DNA of 64,000 bases, taken from NCBI GenBank assembly GCA_038245295.1, contig JBBRSP010000002.1:1-64000 (forward strand), written 5' to 3'. This DNA comes from Candidatus Binatia bacterium (lineage in GTDB: Bacteria; Desulfobacterota; Binatia; HRBIN30). The translations under genes and the position numbers were made by a program. Under the pieces are notes generated by a model. That model saw nothing but the letters and a program-made list of their open reading frames with translations, searched no databases and had not been told where the DNA came from. Below are positions 17,632 to 27,596 of this stretch, piece by piece. Numbering within the stretch: the stretch's first letter is position 1; the number at the start of each line of letters is the position of its first letter.

Positions 17632-19469
17632 GCCGGGGATCTCCGCCATGCCAACCACTCCGTCAGCAGCAGTACCGCTGCGGCGAGTAACAGCCATGCG
17701 CCGAAGTCGCCGGTCGGTGCGACGGTATCTTCGCTGGGTCGTAGGGCTTCGATCGCTGTGGGCCGAGGCGCTTCAATCGCCGGTCGCGCAATCGCCGACT
17801 CAGCGGCGTCGGTGAAGTTGACCAGCCAGCGCCGATCGCCATTGGGGCCGTGGGCAACGTATTCGCCGGCGCGTAGCGGCACGAAGCCGCGCTGCACCGC
17901 CGTCAGCTTGGTCTCGATACCACCGGGGCCATCGACCTGCGTCACCGATCCGGCATCGAAGGTGATGGCGTCGCCCGTATGGGCCACAATCGCCTCGTCG
18001 GGTTGCGGCGCCAGCCATTCGAGCACGCGCAAGAAAACCAGAAAGAAGCCGAGCGTGTCGCTGCGCAGGAGATGCTCCGCTTCGAGGTCGAAGGCGATGA
18101 CGGCGGTGCGGTGGCCGCCATGTTCACCGGCAAAGACGAGCGGGATCTCACGCGTGCCGGTGCGTGACCACAACAGCGTCTGCGCCCAGGGAGGCGGTGT
18201 AAACACACCGGCCCGTTGCAGGGGCAACGCCGTGAGTGGGCGTAGATCGCGCAGCACGGGATGGCTCGCGTTCCAGTCGATGACCTCGAGATGCTCCTCC
18301 TCGCCGTTGGCGGGAAGCAGTGGGTTGCCAGCCGGCGGGTCGATGAACAGCGACGGCATCTCCGGCCACTGGCGCGTGATCACCTTGTGAAACAGCGCGA
18401 CATCGAACGAACCGCTCGGTATTGCATCCGGCGCCGCCACCGTGAGTTGTAGAGACGGGAGCGCCTTCGCCAAGGCTTGCAGATCATCGACGAGGGGAGA
18501 GGCTGCGGTCACCACGAGAATCCGCGTCGCCGGCACCGCATGCAGCCAACCGAAGGCCACATCGTCGGCCGAAAACCCGTCGTCGGCATCGAGACGCGCG
18601 ATCACGGCGCCAGGGCGCGGCGGATTGGCGATCGAGAAGCTCTTGGTCGCTCCGGCGGCGAGGGTGAAGCCGCTGCGCAACACAGATTGATCGGCGACAC
18701 TTACTTGCAGCCAGCCATGGGCTTCGGTGGGGCCGAAGTTACGCACGCCGACGCGTAAGGCCGCGTCGGTTGGGTTCTGAAAACGTCCTTGCAGCACATC
18801 GAGCGACTCGATCGCCACGTTGTCTTGACGTGTGCCGACCTGGAAGAGGGTGACGCGGTCGCGCAACTCAGGAGGCAGCTGGGAGCGCGGCCAATCGGAG
18901 AACACCTTGATCATGGTTCGTCGGTCACTGCGCTGTGCCAGGTTGACAGCGAACGATACGGCGCCGGTGAGCTCGCCATGAACATCGGCGGCGCGCAGTT
19001 GGTCGAGAGCGGCGCGCACCTGCTGGTGTTGACGTGTCAGCGGCACGGTCACTTCGGTCGAACTGCCGGCGTTGATCAGCATGACCTCGTCCTCGGCGGC
19101 GGTTTCGGCCAGTTGAGACCGCGCGGCGGCAATCGCTTGCTCGATGCGTGTTCCAGCGGCCTCGCGGGTTTGCATACTTGCCGACGTGTCGACGATGAGG
19201 ACGTGGCGCTGCGCCTGGCGCGCCGCCGGCCCGCCGCGCCAAAACGGCCGCGACAATCCAAGAATCAAAGCCACCAGAGCCAGGAGTTGCAGAACAAACA
19301 ACAGATCAGGCCGCAGACGCCGCGATCGCAGTTTGTCTTCGCGCAGGCTGGTCCACAGCATCAGAGAAGGAACGATCACGACCGGACGGCGACGCTCCCA
19401 GAGATACAACGCGACAAGCACGCCGACGAGGGCGGTGAAAGCGAAGGCGAGCGGCTCGGCGAATGCCAT
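17628..19469 (-). CDS. BatA (aerotolerance regulator N-terminal) + VWA domain protein
   Basis: LYLWERRRPVVIVPSLMLW...LLFVLQLLALVALILGLSRP BatA motif; VDTSASM MIDAS; C-terminal LLLTEW helix. Confidence 0.87.
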   Translation of the reverse strand: MAFAEPLAFAFTALVGVLVALYLWERRRPVVIVPSLMLWTSLREDKLRSRRLRPDLLFVLQLLALVALILGLSRPFWRGGPAARQAQRHVLIVDTSASMQTREAAGTRIEQAIAAARSQLAETAAEDEVMLINAGSSTEVTVPLTRQHQQVRAALDQLRAADVHGELTGAVSFAVNLAQRSDRRTMIKVFSDWPRSQLPPELRDRVTLFQVGTRQDNVAIESLDVLQGRFQNPTDAALRVGVRNFGPTEAHGWLQVSVADQSVLRSGFTLAAGATKSFSIANPPRPGAVIARLDADDGFSADDVAFGWLHAVPATRILVVTAASPLVDDLQALAKALPSLQLTVAAPDAIPSGSFDVALFHKVITRQWPEMPSLFIDPPAGNPLLPANGEEEHLEVIDWNASHPVLRDLRPLTALPLQRAGVFTPPPWAQTLLWSRTGTREIPLVFAGEHGGHRTAVIAFDLEAEHLLRSDTLGFFLVFLRVLEWLAPQPDEAIVAHTGDAITFDAGSVTQVDGPGGIETKLTAVQRGFVPLRAGEYVAHGPNGDRRWLVNFTDAAESAIARPAIEAPRPTAIEALRPSEDTVAPTGDFGAWLLLAAAVLLLTEWLAWRRSPA

Positions 19470-19583
19470 GGATGGATGAGTCTACTAGCGCGATGGGTGA
19501 CGCGGCGGAACCATGACGGCGAGGTGCCGAGTGAATCAAAGAATGACTTTGGCTGGCCGTGTCCGTTTGATAAGGCAGCCCAG

Positions 19584-20627
19584 GTGTCGATTTCCACGCT
19601 GGGGCTTCTCTTCTTCGCTTTTTCTGCCGCCGTGGTGTTCACTCCGCTGGTCCGCAGCGCAGCGTTGCTGATGGGTGCCGTCGATGTGCCTGACGCGCGA
19701 CGTGTCCATGCCGTCGATATCCCGCGCCTCGGTGGTGTCGCAGTATTATTGGCCGTCGTCAGCGCGCTGCTGGCGGCGTCGTTCCTGTGGCCGGCGGAGT
19801 TGCAAACCTTGCGGCATCACGGGTGGAGCATCTCCTACCTTGGGCTCGGGGCGATCTTGGTAACTCTCGTCGGCGCGGTCGACGATGTCACGAGCTTGCC
19901 ACCGTTGCCAAAGGTGGCGGTCCATATCATTGCGGCCGTGCTTGCGGTGTATGGCGGCCACAGCATCCACGTGATCACCAACCCGTTCACGGGAGTGGCG
20001 GTCGACCTCGGCTCGGTGGGTGGCTTTGTGACGGTGGCGTGGATTGTTGGCATCACCAATGCCTTCAACCTGATCGATGGGCTCGACGGCCTCGCGGCGG
20101 GGGTGGCACTGATTTCGACGCTGACCGTCGGCATTCTCGGACTCATTCAGGGTCGGCCGGATGTGCCGATCATGGCGGCGATCATGATCGGCGTGCTGGC
20201 CGGCTTCCTGGTTTACAATTTCCATCCGGCATCGATCTTTCTCGGCGACTCGGGGGCATTCCTGATTGGCTATCTGCTGGCGGTTGCCTCGGTGCAAGGG
20301 CTGCAGAAAGGTCCGACGGTGGCGGTGCTTCTCGTTCCGTTACTAGCCCTCGGTCTGCCGATCACCGAAACGCTGGTGACCATTCAACGCCGCTGGTCCG
20401 GTCCGGGAGCCGTCTTTGCGGCGGATCGCGAACACATTCATCATCGCTTGTTGGCGCTGGGGCTGACGCAGCGTCAGGCGGTTCTGCGGCTGTACGGAGT
20501 CAGCGCGCTTCTCGGCGGCCTGGCGGTGGCCGCCGTGTCACTGGGTGGGCCGGGCAGTGCCGTGGTTGCCATTGCTGCCGCGATGGCAGGCTTCGTGGCC
20601 TTGCGACGGTTGGGCTATCTATCGTGA
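19584..20627 (+). CDS. WecA/TagO-like undecaprenyl-phosphate sugar-1-phosphate transferase (MraY/GT4)
   Basis: RRVH..DIPRLGG, GAVDD, NAFNLIDGLDGLA, YNFHPASIFLGDSG, ADREHIHHRL; GTG start inferred. Confidence 0.92.
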   Translation: MSISTLGLLFFAFSAAVVFTPLVRSAALLMGAVDVPDARRVHAVDIPRLGGVAVLLAVVSALLAASFLWPAELQTLRHHGWSISYLGLGAILVTLVGAVDDVTSLPPLPKVAVHIIAAVLAVYGGHSIHVITNPFTGVAVDLGSVGGFVTVAWIVGITNAFNLIDGLDGLAAGVALISTLTVGILGLIQGRPDVPIMAAIMIGVLAGFLVYNFHPASIFLGDSGAFLIGYLLAVASVQGLQKGPTVAVLLVPLLALGLPITETLVTIQRRWSGPGAVFAADREHIHHRLLALGLTQRQAVLRLYGVSALLGGLAVAAVSLGGPGSAVVAIAAAMAGFVALRRLGYLS

Positions 20628-23389
20628 CAGGAACGCCGTGGCGATATGGCTGGGCCTTTGTGTGCCTGATCCTTGTCGGCTGGATCTGGCAGCTACCCCA
20701 GCATCTGGCCGGTGCCGATGCGCTGGCGGATCGGGTTGCCCGTTTTCAGGTCAAGGCGCGCGTTGCTCGCGATGGGGCAGCCGATCTCGACGAGAAGGTC
20801 GAACATTGGATCAGCGAAAACCCGCAGCAGTTTGCCAAGCAGCGCGAGCCCTTGGTGCAGCGCTTTCGCGAGCAGCTCAGCCTGCAGACGTCCGACGGGC
20901 ACACGTATCCGTACCTTGGCGACTACGACAGCTACGCCTGGGTGCGGCTGGCGCGAAACTACCTGGAGCACGGGACAACGTGTGATGAGCTACGCGGCGA
21001 GAGTTGTCGCGATACCTACGTCAATGCGCCGCTCGGAATGGACATGTTGTATCGCCGCTCCTTCCACATCGCCGCGATCGTCGGCCTGCACCGTTTGATC
21101 AGTGTCTTTTCGAGAGACTACCCGCTCACCAGCACGGCAAGCTGGGTGCCTTGGATCGGTGCGATCCTCGGTGTGATCGCCGCTTTCGCCCTGGGCGTGC
21201 GTCTCGGTGGGACGACCGGTGGTGCTGTCGCGGCGCTGCTGACCTTTCTGCACCCCTACGTCGTCCAACGCAGCCTCGGGAGCGACAACGACATTTGGAA
21301 CATCACGCTGCCCCTGTACCTGGCATGGGCAATCATTGCCGCCTTTGATGGTGGCAGCTGGCTCAGACGCAGTTCGTTGTTTGCCTGCGTCGGGCTGGCC
21401 GCCGCTCTGCAGGCGATCACCTGGAGTGGATGGATCTTCCACGCCGGGATCCTCGTCCTCGGGGCGCTCGTCTTCCTCCTTCACGAGCTCACGCTGCGTC
21501 GACCGGAGAACGCGAGCGATCTTCGACGCAGCTTCGGCACGTTTCTGTTGATTCTACTGGCACTCGCTGTGGCCGTGCTGGCGACCTCCGGAGTCTACCA
21601 ACAAGGCGTCACCTCGATCGAACGATACATCAGCAGCGCCCTGCTCCCACCGGGTGAGCCGCCGCAGGTGGTTGGCGCGTCGGGTGTCTGGCCGTCGCTC
21701 TTCAGCACGGTCAGCGAGTTGATGGACAGTAGTTTTCAGCAGATGGCGTCAGCGTCGTTTGGTGCCGTTTGGATGTGGATCGCCTTGCTGGGGCTCCCTT
21801 TGGCGGTTCTGCCGCGGCGTGCGTGGTGGCCGTGGCGCTTCCTCGTTTTTGCCGGTTCAACTGGTCTTGCCACGTGGGCAGCCTACGAGAACCTCATTGG
21901 CCGCGGCCTCCTGGTTCTATGCCTCATCGCGCTAAGCGTGCTTGCCGTCGTGTGGCGCCGCGGCGCCGCGGTATCGAACGAGGAAAGGCCCGGGTGCGGC
22001 GAGTTTGTTGTCGCCATATGGCTCGTCGCGACGGTCTTCCTGGCGTTCAACGGAGCCCGTTATGTCGAGCTCGCGGCGGCCCCGCTGGCTCTATCGAGTG
22101 CGATCGTTGTCGGTCGTCTCGTCGCGGCCGTGGTCGAATGGGCAGCGGCGCATCGGTGGCGCTGGTATCGCGCCGCCGAACCGTTGCTTGGCGCCGCGGT
22201 GGCTGTTGCGCTGCTGCATCCAGTTTCCGTTGGTTACCGCACGGCGGCGGCGTTCATTCCAGGCATCAACGACGCCTGGTGGAAGGTGATGGAATATGCG
22301 CGCGACAACAGCGCGCCCGACGCGATTGTCGATGCATGGTGGGACTACGGGTATTGGGTGAAGTACGTGGCACGGCGGCCGACGGCCGCCGATGGTGCGA
22401 CGCTGCGGTCGCATCTTCCCTATTGGATAGGACGTACCCTCGTCAGTACCCACCCGCTGGAAGGAGCCGGCCTGCTGCGCATGCTCAACTGCAAGGGCGA
22501 CGACACGCCCTACGCCGAAGGCGAGCAGAGCGCTTACGGCCTGATCCAAGCGCAGCTCAACGACGCGGTGCGGTCGCAACAGTTGATTGTTACCGTGGCA
22601 TCGCAGTCGCGCACGGAAGCCGCCAAAACCATGGAGGCCAACGGTTTCACGCCCGAGCAACAACAGGTGGTGCTGGCGGCGACGCATTGCGAACCGCGGG
22701 ACAGCTATCTCTTGCTCAGTAGCGAGATGGCGCGCCGCGATAGTTGGGTTCGCATCGGGCAATGGGATTTCCGCAAGGCGTTCATTCGCGACGCCCTGGA
22801 TCGGCATGTTCCAGTCGATGCCGTCGTCGTCGATGCCGCCAAGCGGTTCGCTCTGCCCGAAAGCACCATCCAATCGCTCGTCACCGATGCACAACGGTTG
22901 TCGAAGGCGGATTTCATCAGCGGCAGCAGCCCACGTGCGCCGTCGACATGGTACCCATGCCAAGCCGGTAGCAGCGCCGGAACACTGCGCTGTCCGCTTG
23001 GATTGCAGGATAAAGCCAAGGGCCGGGTGATCGAGGAATTCCTGTTTTCGATTGCGGTTCCCGAAGTGAGCCGCCTGAAGGTTCGCCGGTCTGGTGACGC
23101 GGATGCGGTCATGATGAAACCCGGCTCGTTGCGTCTGGCGACAGCGACCCTGGGAGACGTCCCGCTCGAGGGCGATCTCTACGACGACACGGGTGTGCTG
23201 GTCGACTACGGTGCCAAGCGGATCCTCGTCGGATCGCCGGCCTTCTTGCGTTCCTTGTATGTGCAACTGGTCTTCCTCGATGGACGGTACACCCACGGCC
23301 TTTTTGAGAAGGTGGCGGAGGAGATCAGCCTGAGTGACGATCGTGTCTCGTTGTGGCGCGTCCACTTTCCGCCGTCGCCGGCATCGTGA
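20624..23389 (+). CDS. STT3/AglB/PglB-family oligosaccharyltransferase
   Basis: Multi-TM N-terminus, YDSY, DND, TVSE and WWDYG motifs; GTGA overlap with wecA stop. Confidence 0.88.
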   Translation: MTGTPWRYGWAFVCLILVGWIWQLPQHLAGADALADRVARFQVKARVARDGAADLDEKVEHWISENPQQFAKQREPLVQRFREQLSLQTSDGHTYPYLGDYDSYAWVRLARNYLEHGTTCDELRGESCRDTYVNAPLGMDMLYRRSFHIAAIVGLHRLISVFSRDYPLTSTASWVPWIGAILGVIAAFALGVRLGGTTGGAVAALLTFLHPYVVQRSLGSDNDIWNITLPLYLAWAIIAAFDGGSWLRRSSLFACVGLAAALQAITWSGWIFHAGILVLGALVFLLHELTLRRPENASDLRRSFGTFLLILLALAVAVLATSGVYQQGVTSIERYISSALLPPGEPPQVVGASGVWPSLFSTVSELMDSSFQQMASASFGAVWMWIALLGLPLAVLPRRAWWPWRFLVFAGSTGLATWAAYENLIGRGLLVLCLIALSVLAVVWRRGAAVSNEERPGCGEFVVAIWLVATVFLAFNGARYVELAAAPLALSSAIVVGRLVAAVVEWAAAHRWRWYRAAEPLLGAAVAVALLHPVSVGYRTAAAFIPGINDAWWKVMEYARDNSAPDAIVDAWWDYGYWVKYVARRPTAADGATLRSHLPYWIGRTLVSTHPLEGAGLLRMLNCKGDDTPYAEGEQSAYGLIQAQLNDAVRSQQLIVTVASQSRTEAAKTMEANGFTPEQQQVVLAATHCEPRDSYLLLSSEMARRDSWVRIGQWDFRKAFIRDALDRHVPVDAVVVDAAKRFALPESTIQSLVTDAQRLSKADFISGSSPRAPSTWYPCQAGSSAGTLRCPLGLQDKAKGRVIEEFLFSIAVPEVSRLKVRRSGDADAVMMKPGSLRLATATLGDVPLEGDLYDDTGVLVDYGAKRILVGSPAFLRSLYVQLVFLDGRYTHGLFEKVAEEISLSDDRVSLWRVHFPPSPAS

Positions 23390-23430
23390 CCATCTTGCCC
23401 CAACGCCCGATCTCGCGTTAGGTGGCCCGC

Positions 23431-25116
23431 ATGGCTTCTCCCGAGACGACCCAGTCCCTGATCATTCGTAACGCGCAGGTCATTGATGGCAGTGGCGCCG
23501 ATGCCTTTCATGGCGATGTGGCGGTTTGTGATGGCGTGATCGGCGCCGTCGGCAAAGACCTGCCAAAATCTGGCCTGCCTGCCGGAGCGCGCGAGATCGA
23601 TGCCAAGGGCAAGGTAGTGGCGCCCGGATTCATCGACGTTCATACGCATTTCGATCCACAGATCTGTTGGGATCGCCTGGCGACGCCGATGTTGGAACAC
23701 GGTGTAACCAGCGTGCTGATGGGTAACTGCTCGCTGTCGTTGGCGCCGGTACGCAAGGCGGATCAACGTACCCTGGCCGGCATGTTCAAACAGATCGAAG
23801 ACATTCCGCTCGCCGCATTCGACAAGGGCGTCGCGTGGAAGTGGGAAACGTACCCGGAGTATCTCGACTACGTGCGCCAGGATCTTGGCATCAATGTCGC
23901 CGGTCTCGTCGGCCATTCGGCGTTGCGCAGTTACGTCATGGGCGCCGCGGCGCAGGAGCGCGCCGCCACGGACGACGAGATCGCCGCCATGGGGCGCGTC
24001 TTGAGCGAGTCGATCAAAGGCGGAGCGGCTGGACTATCGACCTCTTACGTGGACATCGACGAGAACATGCGGCCGGTGCCAAGCCGCTTTGCGACGCGCG
24101 ACGAGATCATCGCGCTCGGGCGGGCCATGAAGGCGGCCGGTCGCGGGCTCATTCAAACCGTGCCGGTGTTCTACAACCCACCCGAGCAGATCAACAACAT
24201 CAACGAGATGGCCGAGATCTCGCTGGCCACCGGGTTGATGTGTACCGTTGCCCCGATTGTCCACAGTGCCGCCAACAACCTCTGGCGCGATTCGCTCGAT
24301 GCGCTCGAAGCTCATGCCAAGCGCGGCGCACGCGTTTTCGGCCAGAGCATGCCGCGCACCTTCGATCTCAACATCCGGTTGTCGGAGAGCTCGTTTGTCC
24401 TGTTCGCGCTGCCGGCGTGGTTTGAACTAATGAAGAAGCCGCTTCCCGAGCGTCTGGCCGGCTTCAGCGATCCGGCAAGACGCGAAGATCTGCGCAACCA
24501 ATCGATGCTGTTGGGACCGTTGCTCTACATCATGACCGTGGGTCAGACGGTGAAGCCGGAGAACAAGCAGTACGAGGGTCGCTTGGTCGCCGACATCGCC
24601 AACGAACGCGGCGTTACGCCGGCCGATGCGATGCTCGACCTCGCCTGTGCGGACGGGCTCGGGACGGAATTCTGCCTGAAGAACTTTCTGCACGTCGATC
24701 CCGAAGGTGTGACGGCGGTGTTGTCGCATCCGCTCATCCACATCGGCGCCAGTGACGCCGGCGCGCACGTGGCACAATTCTGCGGTGCGGGTGATACCGG
24801 CTATCTGCTGGCGCGCTGGGTGCGCGAGCTCAAGGCATTCCCGCTGGAACGCGCGATCCACCGGTTGACGGGGGAGCTGGCGGACGCGTTTGGCATTCGC
24901 AACCGCGGACGCATCAGCAACGGTCTCGCCGGCGACCTCGTGCTCTTCGATCCGGATACGATCGATCGTGGCTCGGAGGATTTTGTGGGCGACGTGCCTG
25001 GCGGCGGCAATCGTTACGTGCGTCACGCCAACGGAATCCAGCTTGTCGTCGTCAACGGTGCCGTTACCTGGGAAGACGGTGCCTATACAGGGGCGCGAGC
25101 CGGTACAATCGTTTGA
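23431..25116 (+). CDS. Amidohydrolase (N-acyl-D-amino-acid deacylase-like)
   Basis: APGFIDVHTH, GVTSVLMGNC, SDAGAH, RGRI...AGDLVLFD. Confidence 0.9.
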   Translation: MASPETTQSLIIRNAQVIDGSGADAFHGDVAVCDGVIGAVGKDLPKSGLPAGAREIDAKGKVVAPGFIDVHTHFDPQICWDRLATPMLEHGVTSVLMGNCSLSLAPVRKADQRTLAGMFKQIEDIPLAAFDKGVAWKWETYPEYLDYVRQDLGINVAGLVGHSALRSYVMGAAAQERAATDDEIAAMGRVLSESIKGGAAGLSTSYVDIDENMRPVPSRFATRDEIIALGRAMKAAGRGLIQTVPVFYNPPEQINNINEMAEISLATGLMCTVAPIVHSAANNLWRDSLDALEAHAKRGARVFGQSMPRTFDLNIRLSESSFVLFALPAWFELMKKPLPERLAGFSDPARREDLRNQSMLLGPLLYIMTVGQTVKPENKQYEGRLVADIANERGVTPADAMLDLACADGLGTEFCLKNFLHVDPEGVTAVLSHPLIHIGASDAGAHVAQFCGAGDTGYLLARWVRELKAFPLERAIHRLTGELADAFGIRNRGRISNGLAGDLVLFDPDTIDRGSEDFVGDVPGGGNRYVRHANGIQLVVVNGAVTWEDGAYTGARAGTIV

Positions 25117-25139
25117 AGCGATGCTGGTAGTCTGACTCT

Positions 25140-26423
25140 ATGGCGACAGGCGGCAAGGTCGGGATTCTCGTCGGCGGCGGTCCGGCACCGGGGATCAACA
25201 GCGTGATCGGTGCGGCGACGATTCGCTGCGTTCTGGATGGGATGGAAGTTGTCGGCATTCGCGACGGCTTCGAGTGGGTGATGCGCGGCGACATCTCGAA
25301 AGTTGTGTCGTTGACGACCGAAAATGTCAGCCGTGTTCACTTCCGCGGCGGCTCGGTCATCGGCATCTCTCGCGCCAATCCATCGATCGAACCGGACGGC
25401 ATCCGCAAAACGTTGGAGTCGTTGCGGCGCCTCGAGATCGATAAGCTGATCGTCATCGGCGGCGACGGGACGGCGACGCAATCAAGAAAACTCGGCAAAG
25501 CAGCGCGTGGCGCCGTGCGCATCGTGCACGTCCCCAAGACCATCGACAACGATATCGACTTGCCGGCGCACGTCGATACGTTTGGCTTTCAGACGGCGCG
25601 GCATATCGGCGTCGAGGTCGTCAAGAATCTCATGGTCGATGCGTATACGACCTCGCGCTGGTACATCGTCGTGACGATGGGTCGCAAAGCCGGCCATCTG
25701 GCTCTCGGTATGGGCAAGGCTGCCGGGGCAACGCTGTCGCTCATTCCCGAGGAGTTTGGCGGCAAGCGCGTCCGCATGCGTGTCATCATCGATACCCTGG
25801 CCTGTGCCATCATCAAACGGCTGCACCAGGGGCGGCTCGATGGGGTTGCGGTGATCGCCGAAGGTGTGTTGTTGGCGTTGCACCCGGCCGATCTGGCGCT
25901 GCTTGGGCAGCTGCAGCGCGATCAGTATGGCAACGTCAGCCTGCGCGAGTTCGACACCGCTGATCTGCTCAAACAAGCGGTGATCCGACGCCTGAAGGAA
26001 TTCGGGGTGAGCTCGATCATCGTGCCCAAGAGCATCGGTTTCGAGCTCCGTTGTGCCGATCCCATCCCCGCCGACATGGAGTACACGCGCGACCTCGGAT
26101 ACTGCGCCGCCAAGTACCTCCTCGATGGAGGCAGCGACGTCATGGTCTCGATGCAGGCCGGCCAGTTTGTTCCCGTGCCCCTCGACAATGTGATCGACAA
26201 GCGCACGGGCCGAGCCGCAATGCGAGTCGTCGACATCCATTCAGCGCGGTATGCAATCGCCCGACGCTACATGATTCGCCTGCGGCGCGACGATTTTGAA
26301 GATCCAAAGGCCATCGCCGGGATGGCGGCGATTGCCCACATGAGCCCGGCGCAGTTCACGCGGCACTTCAAATATCTCGTGCGCGCGGAGCCACCGCCTC
26401 TGCAACTCGTCAGCCGAGCTTGA
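25140..26423 (+). CDS. Phosphofructokinase (PfkA family, pfp-like clade)
   Basis: GGGPAPGIN, GGDGT, PKTIDND, MGRKAG, GFELRCADP. Confidence 0.9.
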   Translation: MATGGKVGILVGGGPAPGINSVIGAATIRCVLDGMEVVGIRDGFEWVMRGDISKVVSLTTENVSRVHFRGGSVIGISRANPSIEPDGIRKTLESLRRLEIDKLIVIGGDGTATQSRKLGKAARGAVRIVHVPKTIDNDIDLPAHVDTFGFQTARHIGVEVVKNLMVDAYTTSRWYIVVTMGRKAGHLALGMGKAAGATLSLIPEEFGGKRVRMRVIIDTLACAIIKRLHQGRLDGVAVIAEGVLLALHPADLALLGQLQRDQYGNVSLREFDTADLLKQAVIRRLKEFGVSSIIVPKSIGFELRCADPIPADMEYTRDLGYCAAKYLLDGGSDVMVSMQAGQFVPVPLDNVIDKRTGRAAMRVVDIHSARYAIARRYMIRLRRDDFEDPKAIAGMAAIAHMSPAQFTRHFKYLVRAEPPPLQLVSRA

Positions 26424-26736
26424 AGCCGATCACGAAGCCGGCGCCAAAGGCGGCGCCAAACGGCAGATTCGCCGACAACATGGCCCACAAGCGATCCGCC
26501 ATGGTCACACCCTGGGGATTGACCCAGGCGTGCTGAGCGCTGGTCTCGACGGCGCCCCAGTCGATCGAGATGTACCCATTGTACGCCAGCAACTGCAGGA
26601 TGATGAACACGACACCCAGCAGCAGCGCCGTCAGTTTGGCAACCTTCTTAGAGGCATATCCCACAACCGCGCCGGCTATGCCGCCGAATCCAAGCTGCGC
26701 CACCGGGATGTGTTCTAGAAGCTGACTCGGATCCAT
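26410..26736 (-). CDS. FUN14-family membrane protein
   Basis: QLGFGGIAGAVVGYASKK...LQLLAYNGYISIDW...FGAGFVIGFKLG. Confidence 0.85.
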   Translation of the reverse strand: MDPSQLLEHIPVAQLGFGGIAGAVVGYASKKVAKLTALLLGVVFIILQLLAYNGYISIDWGAVETSAQHAWVNPQGVTMADRLWAMLSANLPFGAAFGAGFVIGFKLG

Positions 26737-26815
26737 CGCGCTCCAATATCGATTCGACGCGCGGTGGGAAAGTGTAGCCGTTGCCCGACGGCAGTTCGCG
26801 AAGCGGCCCTACTGT

Positions 26816-27541
26816 CTACTGCAGCGGGAACGGACTGAGCACGTAGTCCTTGCTCACATAGCTCGCGAAGTTTCCGCCGTGGCAACCGGTGCAGATACCC
26901 AGTCCCTTACTGGCCAAGCCGATGCCTTCGTACCAGTACCAGTTCTTGCCGCGATTACTGTCGGCGTCGAGCTTGATCTCGACCGCCCACTCTCCGACCG
27001 CCGCCCCGGCGAACAGCTCTTTGACGACGGCGGCGCCCTTTGGATGTGTGGTGTTACCGGCCGCGAGCGAATCGAAGACGGCATCGTTGAGATAGGTTCG
27101 CACCATTCCACCATGCGGGCCGCCGGAGGGGTGAGGAGCGGACTCGGCATGCCAGTTTTTGTAGGCGCCCCGTACCAGCCAGGCGCGCAGCGCGACGGCT
27201 GTGATGGGTGGATTCTGATCATCGATCAGCGCCGTTGGCGTCGGGGTTGCGGCGACAGGCGTGGCGGTCGCCGTGGCGGTCGGCGGCGCCTCGGTCGGGC
27301 AGCCTTCGAGGGCAAAGCGCACCGCGGCGACGATTTCGTCCACGGTGATCTCACGATCGCCGTTGGCATCGGCGGCGACGCATTGATTGAGGTCGGCGTC
27401 GCCAAGGCTGATGTTGATAGCCGAGATGATCTCGTTGACGGTAACTTCCGCGTCGAGATTGCAGTCGGCGGTGCAACGGCTCTGCGCGCCGGCTGAACCG
27501 GCGACGAGCGACAGGGCAAGGACCAGGGAAACCAGGTTCAT
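26816..27541 (-). CDS. Secreted dockerin-like + cytochrome P460-like c-type cytochrome
   Basis: Signal peptide, DCNLDAEVTVNE/DANGDREITVDE repeats, PT linker, YKNW, PKGAAVVKE, WYWYE, C-terminal CTGCH; RBS GGAGG. Confidence 0.75.
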   Translation of the reverse strand: MNLVSLVLALSLVAGSAGAQSRCTADCNLDAEVTVNEIISAINISLGDADLNQCVAADANGDREITVDEIVAAVRFALEGCPTEAPPTATATATPVAATPTPTALIDDQNPPITAVALRAWLVRGAYKNWHAESAPHPSGGPHGGMVRTYLNDAVFDSLAAGNTTHPKGAAVVKELFAGAAVGEWAVEIKLDADSNRGKNWYWYEGIGLASKGLGICTGCHGGNFASYVSKDYVLSPFPLQ

Positions 27542-27596
27542 GTCACCTCCACGCTCTCTTCGATGCCGCGCGGGTGCACGCGTTCCATCCAAATTG

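Noticed and set aside
18789..19583. Long N-terminal extension of the WecA ORF (likewise 19787-20623 for STT3, 43375-43707 for GT4, 32448-32957 for OmpA)
   Set aside because: These are open-frame run-ons in GC-rich DNA, mostly overlapping other real genes. Better starts with RBS or stop/start overlaps exist downstream.
22091..23365. Many long antisense ORFs (e.g. 22091-23365, 52722-53960, 54682-55821, 3486-4571)
   Set aside because: They are shadows of well-supported genes on the opposite strand and carry no family motifs
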